Source: Candidatus Saccharimonadota bacterium (lineage in GTDB: Bacteria; Patescibacteriota; Saccharimonadia; Saccharimonadales; UBA4665). From it: a DNA stretch of 64,000 nucleotides. The stretch covers positions 89,784 through 153,783 of the forward strand of contig JAGQNR010000001.1 of assembly GCA_020427985.1 (NCBI GenBank), in the 5' to 3' direction. The notes beneath the pieces are model-generated. The model was not told the DNA's origin, searched no databases, and saw only the letters and a program-made list of their open reading frames with translations. This document shows positions 61,350-64,000 of this stretch, piece after piece. The translations under genes and the position numbers were made by a program. Numbering within the stretch: the first letter of the stretch is position 1; each line of letters begins with the position of its first letter.

Positions 61350-64000
61350 ATGAAACGCTACAATCCAAAAGAAATCGAACCCAAGTGGCAGCAGATATGG
61401 GACGAGCAGCAAACCTACCATGCTGACTTAGCGTCAGACAAGCCCAAGTATTTTGCGATGAGCATGTTTAACTACCCCAGTGGTCACGGCATACACATCG
61501 GTCACGCCATGAACTACACTATTAGCGATGTCATGGCGCGGTTTAAGCGCCAACAGGGCTACGAAAGCTATCACCCGGTAGGCTGGGACGCCTTTGGCTT
61601 ACCGGCCGAAAACTACGCCATCAAGACCGGTGTTAGCCCGCAAGAGAGCATGGCCAGCATTATCCCCGGCTACCACGCCCAGTACAAAGCCATGGGCTGG
61701 AGCAACGACTGGAGCAAAGAAATCGCTACCTGCGACCCCGAGTACTACAAGTGGACGCAGTGGATATTCTGGAAAATGTACGAGCAAGGTATGGTCTACC
61801 AAGACGAACGCTTGCAGTGGTGGTGCACCAAGTGCCAAACGGTCTTAAGCAACGAGCAGGTGATAGATGGCAAATGTTGGCGCCACGACGCTGCCGACGA
61901 CCCTGAAGTCGGCAAAAAAGCGGTCAAGCAGTGGTTTTTCCGTATCACCGACTACGCCAACGAAATGCTCGAGGCAACCCATGACCTCGATTGGTCAGAG
62001 GCCGTCAAAACTGCTCAGATAAACTGGATCGGCAAGAGTGAGGGTGCCGAGGTGACATTTGCCCTGGCAAATGACCACGAGTCACGGCCGAACTTTGTGA
62101 TTTTACATGGGTTTACTGGTCATGCAAACGCACACTTTATTCCGAGGCTCAAATCTGACTTAGAGTCCAGAGGCTACCAGGTGCAGGCTCCACAAATGCC
62201 GAACACCGACAATCCTGTCGAGGCAGAGCAGGTAAACTATGTTTTAGAAAACTGCACTTTCGATAAAGACACCGTCTTGATTGGACATAGTTTGGGTGGT
62301 GCAGTGGCAATCAAAGTGCTCGAAAAGCTTGATCACCCAATTGAGTCGTTGGTGCTCGTTGCGCCTGTCGTCGAGCCAGCATTTCGCGGAGAGAACTATA
62401 AAAATGAAAACCCAAATAGACCGCCAAGATTGTTTGTCGATACCTTTGATATCAGCTATGACTATGACCAGATTGTAGCCAAAACAAAATCGAGGATAGT
62501 GTTGTCAGATGCCATGGAGGTCAAAAGAAAACCATATCTTGACTATCTCGCTCCCAAAATCGATGCCGCACTCCATGAAACAACGGCCGCAAAAATACAC
62601 TTTACCTCAGGCAACGAGCCTTTTATTTTAGAGGTCCTTGACTCGTGCCTCTTGACTCGTGCTTCTGATAAAAACATCACTGTCTTTACGACGCGGCCAG
62701 ATACGCTTTACGGCGCAACCTTTTTGGTGCTGGCGCCTGAACACGAGCTGGTGCGTAGTATTACGACAGACGAGCAGCGAAGTGAAATAGAGGCCTACAT
62801 AACAGAGGCCGAGAAAAAATCCGAGGTGGAACGCCAAGAGAGCAAGGACAAAACCGGTGTCTTTACCGGTGCGTACGCGGTCAATCCGGTTAACAATCAA
62901 AACATCCCAATCTGGATAGCCGACTACGTACTGACGGGCTACGGTACCGGTGCCATTATGGCCGTGCCGGCACACGACGAGCGCGACAACGAGTTTGCCC
63001 AGAAGTTTGACCTGCCAATCACGCAGGTGATAGCTCCATATATCGTTTACGATGATGAGGAGTTTGCCCCCCGTGATGGATTAGATAACCTTAAAAGAAG
63101 AACGGTAGACGCCATTATCACTGATGGCAACAACAACTACTTACTGGAAACAGAAGATGAGAAAAATGTTCACTTTGTAGGCGGAGGCGTTGACAAAACC
63201 GATGCCGATGATATCGCTGCACTACGCAGGGAAATAGCAGAAGAAGTCGGCTTTACTAATATCGCCAGTATCAAAATGGCCGCACCATACAACGCAGCAC
63301 ATGCATATCGCAAGACCAAAAACGTCAACCAGGTTACTTGGGGGCAGTTTTATGAAGTTACCCTTGGATCTCTAGCGCAAGAACGAAGTGAAATTGAAGA
63401 CGGGAAACACAGTATTATGTGGGTTACTAAGGAAGAAGTTGCCGCCAAACTCACCTGGAAGGGCCATGCAACAGCTTGGAACCACTATATCAATGGATCA
63501 AGTGAAGTGTTTCACCAGGAAGGTCTCATGGTCAATTCGGGTGAGTACGACGGGATGGAGAGCGCCAAGGCCCGCGAGCAGATCGTGCAGGATCTGGAGG
63601 GCAAGGGTCTGGCCAAGTTTGTCACTAACTTCCGCATCCGCGACTGGAGCGTGGCGCGGCAGCGCTATTGGGGTGCGCCGGTGCCCATCATCAATTGTCC
63701 GGTTGACGGCCAAGTACTCGTGCCAGAGCAAGACCTGCCTGTGGTACTACCAGAGTTGAAAGACTTTGCACCGAGCGGTGATGGCCGCAGTGCTTTGGCT
63801 CGTGCCACCGACTGGCTTAAGGTAGATTGCCCCAAGTGCGGTGGTCCAGCCGAGCGCGAAACCGATACACTCGATACATACATTTGCAGTAGCTGGTATT
63901 TCCTACGCTACCTTGACCCGCATAATAGTCAGGCAGCTTTTGGCTCAAATGTCGCCAATAAATGGATGCCTGTTGACTTCTACAACGGCGGTGACCACGC
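61350..64000 (+). CDS. leuS: leucyl-tRNA synthetase (3' end outside window) with two inserted domains
   Basis: The frame is open for 883 codons to the window end. It is absent from the ORF track because no stop is reached. Landmarks: GIHIGHAMNY (HIGH), NWIGKSEGAEVTF, TTRPDT, GTGAIMAVPAHDERD, FRIRDWSVARQRYWGAPVPI, ETDTLDTYICSSWYFLRY. Confidence 0.9.
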   Translation, partial: MKRYNPKEIEPKWQQIWDEQQTYHADLASDKPKYFAMSMFNYPSGHGIHIGHAMNYTISDVMARFKRQQGYESYHPVGWDAFGLPAENYAIKTGVSPQESMASIIPGYHAQYKAMGWSNDWSKEIATCDPEYYKWTQWIFWKMYEQGMVYQDERLQWWCTKCQTVLSNEQVIDGKCWRHDAADDPEVGKKAVKQWFFRITDYANEMLEATHDLDWSEAVKTAQINWIGKSEGAEVTFALANDHESRPNFVILHGFTGHANAHFIPRLKSDLESRGYQVQAPQMPNTDNPVEAEQVNYVLENCTFDKDTVLIGHSLGGAVAIKVLEKLDHPIESLVLVAPVVEPAFRGENYKNENPNRPPRLFVDTFDISYDYDQIVAKTKSRIVLSDAMEVKRKPYLDYLAPKIDAALHETTAAKIHFTSGNEPFILEVLDSCLLTRASDKNITVFTTRPDTLYGATFLVLAPEHELVRSITTDEQRSEIEAYITEAEKKSEVERQESKDKTGVFTGAYAVNPVNNQNIPIWIADYVLTGYGTGAIMAVPAHDERDNEFAQKFDLPITQVIAPYIVYDDEEFAPRDGLDNLKRRTVDAIITDGNNNYLLETEDEKNVHFVGGGVDKTDADDIAALRREIAEEVGFTNIASIKMAAPYNAAHAYRKTKNVNQVTWGQFYEVTLGSLAQERSEIEDGKHSIMWVTKEEVAAKLTWKGHATAWNHYINGSSEVFHQEGLMVNSGEYDGMESAKAREQIVQDLEGKGLAKFVTNFRIRDWSVARQRYWGAPVPIINCPVDGQVLVPEQDLPVVLPELKDFAPSGDGRSALARATDWLKVDCPKCGGPAERETDTLDTYICSSWYFLRYLDPHNSQAAFGSNVANKWMPVDFYNGGDH

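Noticed and set aside
61594-63883. Track ORFs 61594..61848, 61599..61838, 62281..62478, 62628..62975, 63388..63759, 63498..63731 and 63665..63883.
   Set aside because: They overlap the continuous leuS reading frame (61350 to the window end), which carries every LeuRS landmark. The track omits leuS only because no stop codon is reached.

Overview
This is a dense, mostly coding 64-kb window. It looks like a small-genome monoderm bacterium: LPNTG sortase signals, Gram-positive-type conjugation genes and many apparently leaderless genes. A Saccharibacteria/Patescibacteria-like source is only my guess. All family calls are by-eye motif recognition; no searches or folding programs were run. Layout: (i) 1-9.6 kb holds an AdoMetDC-like gene pair, an orphan sensor histidine kinase and three secreted or surface proteins, two of them LPNTG-anchored with PKD/DUF11 repeats. 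(ii) 9.6-15.4 kb holds tRNA-Glu(UUC) followed directly by an integrated element. The element carries a large serine recombinase whose 3' end overlaps the tRNA, small DNA-binding proteins, and a replication-relaxation-like gene next to an AT-rich inverted repeat. It also carries two operons of small acidic proteins (one DUF3768), each preceded by a copy of a ~165-nt hairpin element that fits an F-plasmid Frpo-type single-stranded-DNA promoter. (iii) 15.6-27.3 kb holds accessory genes: a pterin dehydratase, an SRPBCC::truncated glutamate dehydrogenase chimera, ArsR, a membrane metalloprotease and a MacB-type ABC pair. It also holds a 2031-aa surface protein with a ~14-blade repeat array nested inside a LamG domain, plus FN3 repeats. 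(iv) 27.5-36.1 kb holds a compact Gram-positive-type T4SS (VirB2-like pilin, pilin::VirB6 fusion, VirB3/PrgI-like, split VirB4, CHAP hydrolase, VirD4-type coupling protein) and a PLD/Nuc-type nuclease. (v) 36.4-39.5 kb holds ~430-bp direct repeats (an HTH gene plus a better-conserved non-coding tail) flanking a 533-aa orphan ORF. (vi) 39.5-64 kb holds core genes: an IMPase-PNPOx-kinase-DUF4145 operon, pyk-pgk-tpiA, pcrA, an RpfB-like gene, rsmA, tmRNA, tRNA-Ala, two membrane-anchored MurF-like ligases with ddl, and an HD-like protein. It ends with a leuS gene that runs off the window and carries two inserted hydrolase-type domains. The items most worth a second look are the ssDNA-promoter-like hairpins with their leading-region genes, the conjugative module as a whole, and the decorated LeuRS.
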